Shown here in pieces: positions 44,001 through 59,000 of a DNA stretch of 64,000 nt (positions are counted from its first letter, which is position 1; every line of letters begins with the position of its first letter). Both the position numbers and the translations under genes were made by a program. The notes under the pieces are model-generated. The model did not search any database and was not told the DNA's origin. It saw only the letters and a program-made list of their open reading frames with translations. This stretch comes from Eledone cirrhosa (taxonomy: Eukaryota), in contig OZ024761.1 of assembly GCA_964016885.1 (NCBI GenBank), forward strand, positions 11,532,001 to 11,596,000, written 5' to 3'.

Positions 44001-47000
44001 GGTATAGATTGTAGAGCTAGTCTAGGGTGCTAAATACTGTGGTATAGATTGTAGAGCTAGTCTAGGGTGCTAAATAGCCTGGTATAGATTGTAGAGCTAG
44101 TCTAGGGTGCTAAATACTGTGGTATAGATTGTAGAGCTAGTCTAGGGTACTAAATACCGTGGTATAGATTGTAGAGCTAGTCTAGGGTACTAAATACCCT
44201 GGTATAGATTGTAGAGCTAGTCTAGGGTGCTAAATACTGTGGTATAGATTGTAGAGCTAGTCTAGGGTACTAAATACCGTGGTATAGATTGTAGAGCTAG
44301 TCTAGGATGCTAAATACTGTGGTATAGATTGTAGAGCTAGTCTAGGGTACTAAATACCGTGGTATAGATTGTAGAGCTAGTCTAGGGTGCTAAATACTGT
44401 GGTATAGATTGTAGAGCTAGTCTAGGGTGCTAAATACTTTGGTATAGATTGTAGAGCTAGTCTAGGGTGCTAAATACTGTGGTATAGATTGTAGAGCTAG
44501 TCTAGGGTACTAAATACCCTGGTATAGATTGTAGAGCTAGTCTAGGTTGCTAAATACTGTGGTATAGATTGTAGAGCTAGTCTAGGGTGCTAAATACTGT
44601 GGTATAGATTGTAGAGCTAGTCTAGGGTACTAAATACCCTGGTATAGATTGTAGAGCTAGTCTAGGGTGCTAAATACTGTGGTATAGATTGTAGAGCTAG
44701 TCTAGGGTGCTAAATACTGTGGTATAGATTGTAGAGCTAGTCTAGGGTGCTAAATACCGTGGTATAGATTGTGGAGCTAGTCTAGGGTACTAAATACCCT
44801 GGTATAGATTGTAGAGCTAGTCTAGGGTACTAAATACCCTGGTATAGATTGCAGAGCTAGTCTAGGGTGCTAAATACTGTGGTATAGATTGTAGAGCTAG
44901 TCTAGGGTACTAAATACCCTGGTATAGATTGTAGAGCTAGTCTAGGGTGCTAAATACTGTGGTATAGATTGTAGAGCTAGTCTAGGGTACTAAATACCGT
45001 GGTATAGATTGTAGAGCTAGTCTAGGGTGCTAAATACCGTGGTATAGATTGTAGAGCTAGTCTAGGGTGCTAAATACCGTGGTATAGATTGTAGAGCTAG
45101 TCTAGGGTGCTAAATACCGTGGTATAGATTGTAGAGCTAGTCTAGGGTGCTAAATACTGTGGTATAGATTGTAGAGCTAGTCTAGGGTGCTAAATACTGT
45201 GGTATAGATTGTAGAGCTAGTCTAGGGTGCTAAATACTGTGGTATAGATTGTAGAGCTAGTCTAGGGTACTAAATACCGTGGTATAGATTGTAGAGCTAG
45301 TCTAGGGTACTAAATACCCTGGTATAGATTGTAGAGCTAGTCTAGGGTGCTAAATACTGTGGTATAGATTGTAGAGCTAGTCTAGGGTACTAAATACCGT
45401 GGTATAGATTGTAGAGCTAGTCTAGGGTACTAAATACCCTGGTATAGATTGTAGAGCTAGTCTAGGGTGCTAAATACTGTGGTATAGATTGTAGAGCTAG
45501 TCTAGGGTGCTAAATACTGTGGTATAGATTGTAGAGCTAGTCTAGGGTGCTAAATACTGTGGTATAGATTGTAGAGATAGTCTAGGGTACTAAATACCGT
45601 GGTATAGATTGTAGAGCTAGTCTAGGGTACTAAATACCCTGGTATAGATTGTAGAGCTAGTCTAGGGTGCTAAATACTGTGGTATAGATTGTAGAGCTAG
45701 TCTAGGGTACTAAATACCGTGGTATAGATTGTAGAGCTAGTCTAGGGTACTAAATACTGTGGTATAGATTGTAGAGCTAGTCTAGGGTACTAAATACCCT
45801 GGTATAGATTGTAGAGCTAGTCTAGGGTGCTAAATACTGTGGTATAGATTGTAGAGCTAGTCTAGGGTGCTAAATACTGTGGTATAGATTGTAGAGCTAG
45901 TCTAGGGTGCTAAATACTGTGGTATAGATTGTAGAGCTAGTCTAGGGTACTAAATACTGTGGTATAGATTGTAGAGCTAGTCTAGGGTACTAAATACTGT
46001 GGTATAGATTGTAGAGCTAGTCTAGGGTACTAAATACTGTGGTATAGATTGTAGAGCTAGTCTAGGGTGCTAAATACCCTGGTATAGATTGTAGAGCTAG
46101 TCTAGGGTACTAAATACTGTGGTATAGATTGTAGAGCTAGTCTAGGGTACTAAATACTGTGGTATAGATTGTAGAGCTAGTCTAGGGTACTAAATACTGT
46201 GGTATAGATTGTAGAGCTAGTCTATTGTGCTAAATACCCTGGTATAGATTGTAGAGCTAGTCTAGGGTGCTAAATACTGTGGTATAGATTGTAGAGCTAG
46301 TCTAGGGTGCTAAATACCCTGGTATAGATTGTAGAGCTTGTCTAGGGTGCTAAATACTGTGGTATAGATTGTAGAGCTAGTCTAGGGTGCTAAATACCCT
46401 GGTATAGATTGTAGAGCTAGTCTAGGGTGCTAAATACTGTGGTATAGATTGTAGAGCTAGTCTAGGGTGCTAAATACCCTGGTATAGATTGTAGAGCTAG
46501 TCTAGGGTGCTAAATACTGTGGTATAGATTGTAGAGCTAGTCTAGTGTGCTAAATACCCTGGTATAGATTGTAGAGCTAGTCTAGGGTGCTAAATACTGT
46601 GGTATAGATTGTAGAGCTAGTCTAGGGTGCTAAATACCCTGGTATAGATTGTAGAGCTAGTCTAGGGTGCTAAATACTGTGGTATAGATTGTAGAGCTAG
46701 TCTAGGGTGCTAAATACCCTGGTATAGATTGTAGAGCTAGTCTAGGGTGCTAAATACTGTGGTATAGATTGTAGAGCTAGTCTAGGGTACTAAATACCGT
46801 GGTAAAGATTGTAGAGCTAGTCTAGGGTACTAAATACCCTGGTATAGATTGTAGAGCTAGTCTAGGGTGCTAAATACTGTGGTATAGATTGTAGAGCTAG
46901 TCTAGGGTACTAAATACCGTGGTATAGATTGTAGAGCTAGTCTAGGGTGCTAAATACTGTGGTATAGATTGTAGAGCTAGTCTAGGGTACTAAATACCGT

Positions 47001-50000
47001 GGTATAGATTGTAGAGCTAGTCTAGGGTGCTAAATACTGTGGTATAGATTGTAGAGCTAGTCTAGGGTGCTAAATATTGTGGTATAGATTGTAGAGCTAG
47101 TCTAGGGTGCTAAATACTGTGGTATAGATTGTAGAGCTAGTCTAGGGTACTAAATACCCTGGTATAGATTGTAGAGCTAGTCTAGGTTGCTAAATACTGT
47201 GGTATAGATTGTAGAGCTAGTCTAGGGTGCTAAATACTGTGGTATAGATTGTAGAGCTAGTCTAGGGTACTAAATACCCTGGTATAGATTGTAGAGCTAG
47301 TCTAGGGTGCTAAATACTGTGGTATAGATTGTAGAGCTAGTCTAGGGTGCTAAATACTGTGGTATAGATTGTAGAGCTAGTCTAGGGTGCTAAATACCGT
47401 GGTATAGATTGTAGAGCTAGTCTAGGGTACTAAATACCCTGGTATAGATTGTAGAGCTAGTCTAGGGTACTAAATACCCTGGTATAGATTGCAGAGCTAG
47501 TCTAGGGTGCTAAATACTGTGGTATAGATTGTAGAGCTAGTCTAGGGTACTAAATACCCTGGTATAGATTGTAGAGCTAGTCTAGGGTGCTAAATACTGT
47601 GGTATAGATTGTAGAGCTAGTCTAGGGTACTAAATACCGTGGTATAGATTGTAGAGCTAGTCTAGGGTGCTAAATACCGTGGTATAGATTGTAGAGCTAG
47701 TCTAGGGTGCTAAATACCGTGGTATAGATTGTAGAGCTAGTCTAGGGTACTAAATACCCTGGTATAGATTGTAGAGCTAGTCTAGGGTACTAAATACCCT
47801 GGTATAGATTGTAGAGCTAGTCTAGGGTACTAAATACCCTGGTATAGATTGTAGAGCTAGTCTAGGGTGCTAAATACCGTGGTATAGATTGTAGAGCTAG
47901 TCTAGGGTACTAAATACCCTGGTATAGATTGTAGAGCTAGTCTAGGGTGCTAAATACCGTGGTATAGATTGTAGAGCTAGTCTAGGTGCTAAATACCCTC
48001 GTATAGATTGTAGAGCTAGTCTAGGGTGCTAAATACTGTGATATAGATTGTAGAGCTAGTCTAGGGTGCTAAATACTGTGGTATAGATTGTAGAGCTAGT
48101 CTAGGGTGCTAAATACTGTGGTATAGATTGTAGAGCTAGTCTAGGGTACTAAATACCGTGGTATAGATTGTAGAGCTAGTCTAGGGTGCTAAATACTGTG
48201 GTATAGATTGTAGAGCTAGTCTAGGGTGCTAAATACCCTGGTATAGATTGTAGAGCTAGTCTAGGGTACTAAATACCCTGGTATAGATTGTAGAGCTACT
48301 CTAGGGTGCTAAATACTGTGGTATAGATTGTAGAGCTAGTCTAGGGTGCTAAATACTGTGGTATAGATTGTAGAGCTAGTCTAGGGTGCTAAATACTGTG
48401 GTATAGATTGTAGAGCTAGTCTAGGGTACTAAATACCGTGGTATAGATTGTAGAGCTAGTCTAGGGTACTAAATACCCTGGTATAGATTGTAGAGCTAGT
48501 CTAGGGTGCTAAATACTGTGGTATAGATTGTAGAGCTAGTCTAGGGTACTAAATACCGTGGTATAGATTGTAGAGCTAGTCTAGGGTACTAAATACCCTG
48601 GTATAGATTGTAGAGCTAGTCTAGGGTGCTAAATACTGTGGTATAGATTGTAGAGCTAGTCTAGGGTGCTAAATACTGTGGTATAGATTGTAGAGCTAGT
48701 CTAGTGTGCTAAATACTGTGGTATAGATTGTAGAGATAGTCTAGGGTACTAAATACCGTGGTATAGATTGTAGAGCTAGTCTAGGGTACTAAATACCCTG
48801 GTATAGATTGTAGAGCTACTCTAGGGTGCTAAATACTGTGGTATAGATTGTAGAGCTAGTCTAGGGTACTAAATACCGTGGTATAGATTGTAGAGCTAGT
48901 CTACGGTATTAAATACCCTGGTATAGATTGTAGAGCTAGTCTAGGGTGCTAAATACTGTGGTATAGATTGTAGAGCTAGTCTAGGGTACTAAATACCGTG
49001 GTATAGATTGTAGAGCTAGTCTAGGGTGCTAAATACTGTGGTATAGATTGTAGAGCTAGTCTAGGGTGCTAAATACTGTGGTATAGATTGTAGAGCTAGT
49101 CTAGGGTGCTAAATACTGTGGTATAGATTGTAGAGCTAGTCTAGGGTACTAAATACCCTGGTATAGATTGTAGAGCTAGTCTAGGTTGCTAAATACTGTG
49201 GTATAGATTGTAGAGCTAGTCTAGGGTGCTAAATACTGTGGTATAGATTGTAGAGCTAGTCTAGGGTACTAAATACCCTGGTATAGATTGTAGAGCTAGT
49301 CTAGGGTGCTAAATACTGTGGTATAGATTGTAGAGCTAGTCTAGGGTGCTAAATACCCTGGTATAGATTGTAGAGCTAGTCTAGGGTGCTAAATACTGTG
49401 GTATAGATTGTAGAGCTAGTCTAGGGTACTAAATACCGTGGTAAAGATTGTAGAGCTAGTCTAGGGTACTAAATACCCTGGTATAGATTGTAGAGCTAGT
49501 CTAGGGTGCTAAATACTGTGGTATAGATTGTAGAGCTAGTCTAGGGTACTAAATACCGTGGTATAGATTGTAGAGCTAGTCTAGGGTGCTAAATACTGTG
49601 GTATAGATTGTAGAGCTAGTCTAGGGTACTAAATACCGTGGTATAGATTGTAGAGCTAGTCTAGGGTGCTAAATACTGTGGTATAGATTGTAGAGCTAGT
49701 CTAGGGTGCTAAATACTGTGGTATAGATTGTAGAGCTAGTCTAGGGTGCTAAATACTGTGGTATAGATTGTAGAGCTAGTCTAGGGTACTAAATACCCTG
49801 GTATAGATTGTAGAGCTAGTCTAGGTTGCTAAATACTGTGGTATAGATTGTAGAGCTAGTCTAGGGTGCTAAATACTGTGGTATAGATTGTAGAGCTAGT
49901 CTAGGGTACTAAATACCCTGGTATAGATTGTAGAGCTAGTCTAGGGTGCTAAATACTGTGGTATAGATTGTAGAGCTAGTCTAGGGTGCTAAATACTGTG

Positions 50001-53000
50001 GTATAGATTGTAGAGCTAGTCTAGGGTGCTAAATACCGTGGTATAGATTGTAGAGCTAGTCTAGGGTACTAAATACCCTGGAATAGATTGTAGAGCTAGT
50101 CTAGGGTACTAAATACCCTGGTATAGATTGCAGAGCTAGTCTAGGGTGCTAAATACTGTGGTATAGATTGTAGAGCTAGTCTAGGGTGCTAAATACTGTG
50201 GTATAGATTGTAGAGCTAGTCTACGGTATTAAATACCCTGGTATAGATTGTAGAGCTAGTCTAGGGTGCTAAATACCCTGGTATAGATTGTAGAGCTAGT
50301 CTAGGGTGCTAAATACTGTGGTATAGATTGTAGAGCTAGTCTAGGGTACTAAATACCGTGGTAAAGATTGTAGAGCTAGTCTAGGGTACTAAATACCCTG
50401 GTATAGATTGTAGAGCTACTCTAGGGTGCTAAATACTGTGGTATAGATTGTAGAGCTAGTCTAGGGTGCTAAATACTGTGGTATAGATTGTAGAGCTAGT
50501 CTAGGGTGCTAAATACTGTGGTATAGATTGTAGAGCTAGTCTAGGGTACTAAATACCGTGGTATAGATTGTAGAGCTAGTCTAGGGTACTAAATACCCTG
50601 GTATAGATTGTAGAGCTAGTCTAGGGTGCTAAATACTGTGGTATAGATTGTAGAGCTAGTCTAGGGTACTAAATACCGTGGTATAGATTGTAGAGCTAGT
50701 CTAGGGTACTAAATACCCTGGTATAGATTGTAGAGCTAGTCTAGGGTGCTAAATACTGTGGTATAGATTGTAGAGCTAGTCTAGGGTGCTAAATACTGTG
50801 GTATAGATTGTAGAGCTAGTCTAGTGTGCTAAATACTGTGGTATAGATTGTAGAGATAGTCTAGGGTACTAAATACCGTGGTATAGATTGTAGAGCTAGT
50901 CTAGGGTACTAAATACCCTGGTATAGATTGTAGAGCTACTCTAGGGTGCTAAATACTGTGGTATAGATTGTAGAGCTAGTCTAGGGTACTAAATACCGTG
51001 GTATAGATTGTAGAGCTAGTCTACGGTATTAAATACCCTGGTATAGATTGTAGAGCTAGTCTAGGGTGCTAAATACTGTGGTATAGATTGTAGAGCTAGT
51101 CTAGGGTACTAAATACCGTGGTATAGATTGTAGAGCTAGTCTAGGGTGCTAAATACTGTGGTATAGATTGTAGAGCTAGTCTAGGGTGCTAAATACTGTG
51201 GTATAGATTGTAGAGCTAGTCTAGGGTGCTAAATACTGTGGTATAGATTGTAGAGCTAGTCTAGGGTACTAAATACCCTGGTATAGATTGTAGAGCTAGT
51301 CTAGGTTGCTAAATACTGTGGTATAGATTGTAGAGCTAGTCTAGGGTGCTAAATACTGTGGTATAGATTGTAGAGCTAGTCTAGGGTACTAAATACCCTG
51401 GTATAGATTGTAGAGCTAGTCTAGGGTGCTAAATACTGTGGTATAGATTGTAGAGCTAGTCTAGGGTGCTAAATACCCTGGTATAGATTGTAGAGCTAGT
51501 CTAGGGTGCTAAATACTGTGGTATAGATTGTAGAGCTAGTCTAGGGTACTAAATACCGTGGTAAAGATTGTAGAGCTAGTCTAGGGTACTAAATACCCTG
51601 GTATAGATTGTAGAGCTAGTCTAGGGTGCTAAATACTGTGGTATAGATTGTAGAGCTAGTCTAGGGTACTAAATACCGTGGTATAGATTGTAGAGCTAGT
51701 CTAGGGTGCTAAATACTGTGGTATAGATTGTAGAGCTAGTCTAGGGTACTAAATACCGTGGTATAGATTGTAGAGCTAGTCTAGGGTGCTAAATACTGTG
51801 GTATAGATTGTAGAGCTAGTCTAGGGTGCTAAATACTGTGGTATAGATTGTAGAGCTAGTCTAGGGTGCTAAATACTGTGGTATAGATTGTAGAGCTAGT
51901 CTAGGGTACTAAATACCCTGGTATAGATTGTAGAGCTAGTCTAGGTTGCTAAATACTGTGGTATAGATTGTAGAGCTAGTCTAGGGTGCTAAATACTGTG
52001 GTATAGATTGTAGAGCTAGTCTAGGGTACTAAATACCCTGGTATAGATTGTAGAGCTAGTCTAGGGTGCTAAATACTGTGGTATAGATTGTAGAGCTAGT
52101 CTAGGGTGCTAAATACTGTGGTATAGATTGTAGAGCTAGTCTAGGGTGCTAAATACCGTGGTATAGATTGTAGAGCTAGTCTAGGGTACTAAATACCCTG
52201 GAATAGATTGTAGAGCTAGTCTAGGGTACTAAATACCCTGGTATAGATTGCAGAGCTAGTCTAGGGTGCTAAATACTGTGGTATAGATTGTAGAGCTAGT
52301 CTAGGGTACTAAATACCCTGGTATAGATTGTAGAGCTAGTCTAGGGTGCTAAATACTGTGGTATAGATTGTAGAGCTAGTCTAGGGTACTAAATACCGTG
52401 GTATAGATTGTAGAGCTAGTCTAGGGTGCTAAATACCGTGGTATAGATTGTAGAGCTAGTCTAGGGTGCTAAATACCGTGGTATAGATTGTAGAGCTAGT
52501 CTAGGGTACTAAATACCCTGGTATAGATTGTAGAGCTAGTCTAGGGTACTAAATACCCTGGTATAGATTGTAGAGCTAGTCTAGGGTACTAAATACCCTG
52601 GTATAGATTGTAGAGCTAGTCTAGGGTGCTAAATACCGTGGTATAGATTGTAGAGCTAGTCTAGGGTACTAAATACCCTGGTATAGATTGTAGAGCTAGT
52701 CTAGGGTGCTAAATACCGTGGTATAGATTGTAGAGCTAGTCTAGGTGCTAAATACCCTCGTATAGATTGTAGAGCTAGTCTAGGGTGCTAAATACTGTGG
52801 TATAGATTGTAGAGCTAGTCTAGGGTGCTAAATACTGTGTATAGATTGTAGAGCTAGTCTAGGGTGCTAAATACTGTGGTATAGATTCGTAGAGCTAGTC
52901 TAGGGTACTAAATACCGTGGTATAGATTGTAGAGCTAGTCTAGGGTGCTAAATACTGTGGTATAGATTGTAGAGCTAGTCTAGGGTGCTAAATACCCTGG

Positions 53001-56000
53001 TATAGATTGTAGAGCTAGTCTAGGGTACTAAATACCCTGGTATAGATTGTAGAGCTACTCTAGGGTGCTAAATACTGTGGTATAGATTGTAGAGCTAGTC
53101 TAGGGTGCTAAATACTGTGGTATAGATTGTAGAGCTAGTCTAGGGTGCTAAATACTGTGGTATAGATTGTAGAGCTAGTCTAGGGTACTAAATACCGTGG
53201 TATAGATTGTAGAGCTAGTCTAGGGTACTAAATACCCTGGTATAGATTGTAGAGCTAGTCTAGGGTGCTAAATACTGTGGTATAGATTGTAGAGCTAGTC
53301 TAGGGTACTAAATACCGTGGTATAGATTGTAGAGCTAGTCTAGGGTACTAAATACCCTGGTATAGATTGTAGAGCTAGTCTAGGGTGCTAAATACTGTGG
53401 TATAGATTGTAGAGCTAGTCTAGGGTGCTAAATACTGTGGTATAGATTGTAGAGCTAGTCTAGGGTGCTAAATACTGTGGTATAGATTGTAGAGATAGTC
53501 TAGGGTACTAAATACCGTGGTATAGATTGTAGAGCTAGTCTAGGGTACTAAATACCCTGGTATAGATTGTAGAGCTAGTCTAGGGTGCTAAATACTGTGG
53601 TATAGATTGTAGAGCTAGTCTAGGGTACTAAATACCGTGGTATAGATTGTAGAGCTAGTCTAGGGTACTAAATACCCTGGTATAGATTGTAGAGCTAGTC
53701 TAGGGTGCTAAATACTGTGGTATAGATTGTAGAGCTAGTCTAGGGTACTAAATACCGTGGTATAGATTGTAGAGCTAGTCTAGGGTGCTAAATACTGTGG
53801 TATAGATTGTAGAGCTAGTCTAGGGTGCTAAATACTGTGGTATAGATTGTAGAGCTAGTCTAGGGTACTAAATACCGTGGTATAGATTGTAGAGCTAGTC
53901 CAGGGTGCTAAATACCGTGGTATAGATTGTAGAGCTAGTCTAGGGTGCTAAATACCGTGGTATAGATTGTAGAGCTAGTCTAGGGTACTAAATACCCTGG
54001 TATAGATTGTAGAGCTAGTCTAGGGTACTAAATACCCTGGTATAGATTGTAGAGCTAGTCTAGGGTACTAAATACCCTGGTATAGATTGTAGAGCTAGTC
54101 TAGGGTGCTAAATACCGTGGTATAGATTGTAGAGCTAGTCTAGGGTACTAAATACCCTGGTATAGATTGTAGAGCTAGTCTAGGGTGCTAAATACCGTGG
54201 TATAGATTGTAGAGCTAGTCTAGGTGCTAAATACCCTCGTATAGATTGTAGAGCTAGTCTAGGGTGCTAAATACTGTGGTATAGATTGTAGAGCTAGTCT
54301 AGGGTGCTAAATACTGTGGTATAGATTGTAGAGCTAGTCTAGGGTGCTAAATACTGTGGTATAGATTGTAGAGCTAGTCTAGGGTACTAAATACCGTGGT
54401 ATAGATTGTAGAGCTAGTCTAGGGTGCTAAATACTGTGGTATAGATTGTAGAGCTAGTCTAGGGTGCTAAATACCCTGGTATAGATTGTAGAGCTAGTCT
54501 AGGGTACTAAATACCCTGGTATAGATTGTAGAGCTACTCTAGGGTGCTAAATACTGTGGTATAGATTGTAGAGCTAGTCTAGGGTGCTAAATACTGTGGT
54601 ATAGATTGTAGAGCTAGTCTAGGGTGCTAAATACTGTGGTATAGATGTAGAGCTAGTCTAGGGTACTAAATACCGTGGTATAGATTGTAGAGCTAGTCTA
54701 GGGTACTAAATACCCTGGTATAGATTGTAGAGCTAGTCTAGGGTGCTAAATACTGTGGTATAGATTGTAGAGCTAGTCTAGGGTACTAAATACCGTGGTA
54801 TAGATTGTAGAGCTAGTCTAGGGTACTAAATACCCTGGTATAGATTGTAGAGCTAGTCTAGGGTGCTAAATACTGTGGTATAGATTGTAGAGCTAGTCTA
54901 GGGTGCTAAATACCTGTGGTATAGATTGTAGAGCTAGTCTAGGGTGCTAAATACTGTGGTATAGATTGTAGAGATAGTCTAGGGTACTAAATACCGTGGT
55001 ATAGATTGTAGAGCTAGTCTAGGGTACTAAATACCCTGGTATAGATTGTAGAGCTAGTCTAGGGTGCTAAATACTGTGGTATAGATTGTAGAGCTAGTCT
55101 AGGGTACTAAATACCGTGGTATAGATTGTAGAGCTAGTCTAGGGTACTAAATACCCTGGTATAGATTGTAGAGCTAGTCTAGGGTGCTAAATACTGTGGT
55201 ATAGATTGTAGAGCTAGTCTAGGGTACTAAATACCGTGGTATAGATTGTAGAGCTAGTCTAGGGTGCTAAATACTGTGGTATAGATTGTAGAGCTAGTCT
55301 AGGGTGCTAAATACTGTGGTATAGATTGTAGAGCTAGTCTAGGGTGCTAAATACTCGTGGTATAGATTGTAGAGCTAGTCTAGGGTACTAAATACCCTGG
55401 TATAGATTGTAGAGCTAGTCTAGGTTGCTAAATACTGTGGTATAGATTGTAGAGCTAGTCTAGGGTGCTAAATACTGTGGTATAGATTGTAGAGCTAGTC
55501 TAGGGTACTAAATACCCTGGTATAGATTGTAGAGCTAGTCTAGGGTGCTAAATACTGTGGTATAGATTGTAGAGCTAGTCTAGGGTGCTAAATACCCTGG
55601 TATAGATTGTAGAGCTAGTCTAGGGTGCTAAATACTGTGGTATAGATTGTAGAGCTAGTCTAGGGTACTAAATACCGTGGTAAAGATTGTAGAGCTAGTC
55701 TAGGGTACTAAATACCCTGGTATAGATTGTAGAGCTAGTCTAGGGTGCTAAATACTGTGGTATAGATTGTAGAGCTAGTCTAGGGTACTAAATACCGTGG
55801 TATAGATTGTAGAGCTAGTCTAGGGTGCTAAATACTGTGGTATAGATTGTAGAGCTAGTCTAGGGTACTAAATACCGTGGTATAGATTGTAGAGCTAGTC
55901 TAGGGTGCTAAATACTGTGGTATAGATTGTAGAGCTAGTCTAGGGTGCTAAATACTGTGGTATAGATTGTAGAGCTAGTCTAGGGTGCTAAATACTGTGG

Positions 56001-59000
56001 TATAGATTGTAGAGCTAGTCTAGGGTACTAAATACCCTGGTATAGATTGTAGAGCTAGTCTAGGTTGCTAAATACTGTGGTATAGATTGTAGAGCTAGTC
56101 TAGGGTGCTAAATACTGTGGTATAGATTGTAGAGCTAGTCTAGGGTACTAAATACCCTGGTATAGATTGTAGAGCTAGTCTAGGGTGCTAAATACTGTGG
56201 TATAGATTGTAGAGCTAGTCTAGGGTGCTAAATACTGTGGTATAGATTGTAGAGCTAGTCTAGGGTGCTAAATACCGTGGTATAGATTGTAGAGCTAGTC
56301 TAGGGTACTAAATACCCTGGTATAGATTGTAGAGCTAGTCTAGGGTACTAAATACCCTGGTATAGATTGCAGAGCTAGTCTAGGGTGCTAAATACTGTGG
56401 TATAGATTGTAAAGCTAGTCTAGGGTACTAAATACCCTGGTATAGATTGTAGAGCTAGTCTAGGGTGCTAAATACTGTGGTATAGATTGTAGAGCTAGTT
56501 TAGGGTACTAAATACCGTGGTATAGATTGTAGAGCTAGTCTAGGGTGCTAAATACCGTGGTATAGATTGTAGAGCTAGTCTAGGGTGCTAAATACCGTGG
56601 TATAGATTGTAGAGCTAGTCTAGGGTACTAAATACCCTGGTATAGATTGTAGAGCTAGTCTAGGGTACTAAATACCCTGGTATAGATTGTAGAGCTAGTC
56701 TAGGGTACTAAATACCCTGGTATAGATTGTAGAGCTAGTCTAGGGTGCTAAATACCGTGGTATAGATTGTAGAGCTAGTCTAGGGTACTAAATACCCTGG
56801 TATAGATTGTAGAGCTAGTCTAGGGTGCTAAATACCGTGGTATAGATTGTAGAGCTAGTCTAGGTGCTAAATACCCTCGTATAGATTGTAGAGCTAGTCT
56901 AGGGTGCTAAATACCTGTGGTATAGATTGTAGAGCTAGTCTAGGGTGCTAAATACCTGTGGTATAGATTGTAGAGCTAGTCTAGGGTGCTAAATACTGTG
57001 GTATAGATTGTAGAGCTAGTCTAGGGTACTAAATACCGTGGTATAGATTGTAGAGCTAGTCTAGGGTGCTAAATACTGTGGTATAGATTGTAGAGCTAGT
57101 CTAGGGTGCTAAATACCCTGGTATAGATTGTAGAGCTAGTCTAGGGTACTAAATACCCTGGTATAGATTGTAGAGCTACTCTAGGGTGCTAAATACTGTG
57201 GTATAGATTGTAGAGCTAGTCTAGGGTGCTAAATACTGTGGTATAGATTGTAGAGCTAGTCTAGGGTGCTAAATACTGTGGTATAGATTGTAGAGCTAGT
57301 CTAGGGTACTAAATACCGTGGTATAGATTGTAGAGCTAGTCTAGGGTACTAAATACCCTGGTATAGATTGTAGAGCTAGTCTAGGGTGCTAAATACTGTG
57401 GTATAGATTGTAGAGCTAGTCTAGGGTACTAAATACCGTGGTATAGATTGTAGAGCTAGTCTAGGGTACTAAATACCCTGGTATAGATTGTAGAGCTAGT
57501 CTAGGGTGCTAAATACTGTGGTATAGATTGTAGAGCTAGTCTAGGGTGCTAAATACCTGGTATAGATTGTAGAGCTAGTCTAGGGTGCTAAATACTGTGG
57601 TATAGATTGTAGAGATAGTCTAGGGTACTAAATACCGTGGTATAGATTGTAGAGCTAGTCTAGGGTACTAGATACCCTGGTATAGATTGTAGAGCTAGTC
57701 TAGGGTGCTAAATACTGTGGTATAGATTGTAGAGCTAGTCTAGGGTACTAAATACCGTGGTATAGATTGTAGAGCTAGTCTAGGGTACTAAATACCCTGG
57801 TATAGATTGTAGAGCTAGTCTAGGGTGCTAAATACTGTGGTATAGATTGTAGAGCTAGTCTAGGGTACTAAATACCGTGGTATAGATTGTAGAGCTAGTC
57901 TAGGGTGCTAAATACTGTGGTATAGATTGTAGAGCTAGTCTAGGGTGCTAAATACCCTGGTATAGATTGTAGAGCTAGTCTAGGGTGCTAAATACTGTGG
58001 TATAGATTGTAGAGCTAGTCTAGGGTGCTAAATACCCTGGTATAGATTGTAGAGCTAGTCTAGGGTGCTAAATACTGTGGTATAGATTGTAGAGCTCGTC
58101 TAGGGTACTAAATACCGTGGTATAGATTGTAGAACTAGTCTAGGGTACTAAATACCCTGGTATAGATTGTAGAGCTAGTCTAGGGTGCTAAATACTGTGG
58201 TATAGATTGTAGAGCTAGTCTAGGGTACTAAATACCGTGGTATAGATTGTAGAGCTAGTCTAGGGTGCTAAATACTGTGGTATAGATTGTAGAGCTAGTC
58301 TAGGGTACTAAATACCCTGGTATAGATTGTAGAGCTAGTCTAGGGTGCTAAATACTGTGGTATAGATTGTAGAGCTAGTCTAGGGTGCTAAATACTGTGG
58401 TATAGATTGTAGAGCTAGTCTAGGGTACTAAATACCGTGGTATAGATTGTAGAGCTAGTCTAGGGTGCTAAATACTGTGGTATAGATTGTAGAGCTAGTC
58501 TAGGGTGCTAAATACCCTGGTATAGATTGTAGAGCTAGTCTAGGGTACTAAATACCCTGGTATAGATTGTAGAGCTACTCTAGGGTGCTAAATACTGTGG
58601 TATAGATTGTAGAGCTAGTCTAGGGTGCTAAATACTGTGGTATAGATTGTAGAGCTAGTCTAGGGTGCTAAATACTGTGGTATAGATTGTAGAGCTAGTC
58701 TAGGGTACTAAATACCGTGGTATAGATTGTAGAGCTAGTCTAGGGTACTAAATACCCTGGTATAGATTGTAGAGCTAGTCTAGGGTGCTAAATACTGTGG
58801 TATAGATTGTAGAGCTAGTCTAGGGTACTAAATACCGTGGTATAGATTGTAGAGCTAGTCTAGGGTACTAAATACCCTGGTATAGATTGTAGAGCTAGTC
58901 TAGGGTGCTAAATACTGTGGTATAGATTGTAGAGCTAGTCTAGGGTGCTAAATACTGTGGTATAGATTGTAGAGCTAGTCTAGGGTGCTAAATACTGTGG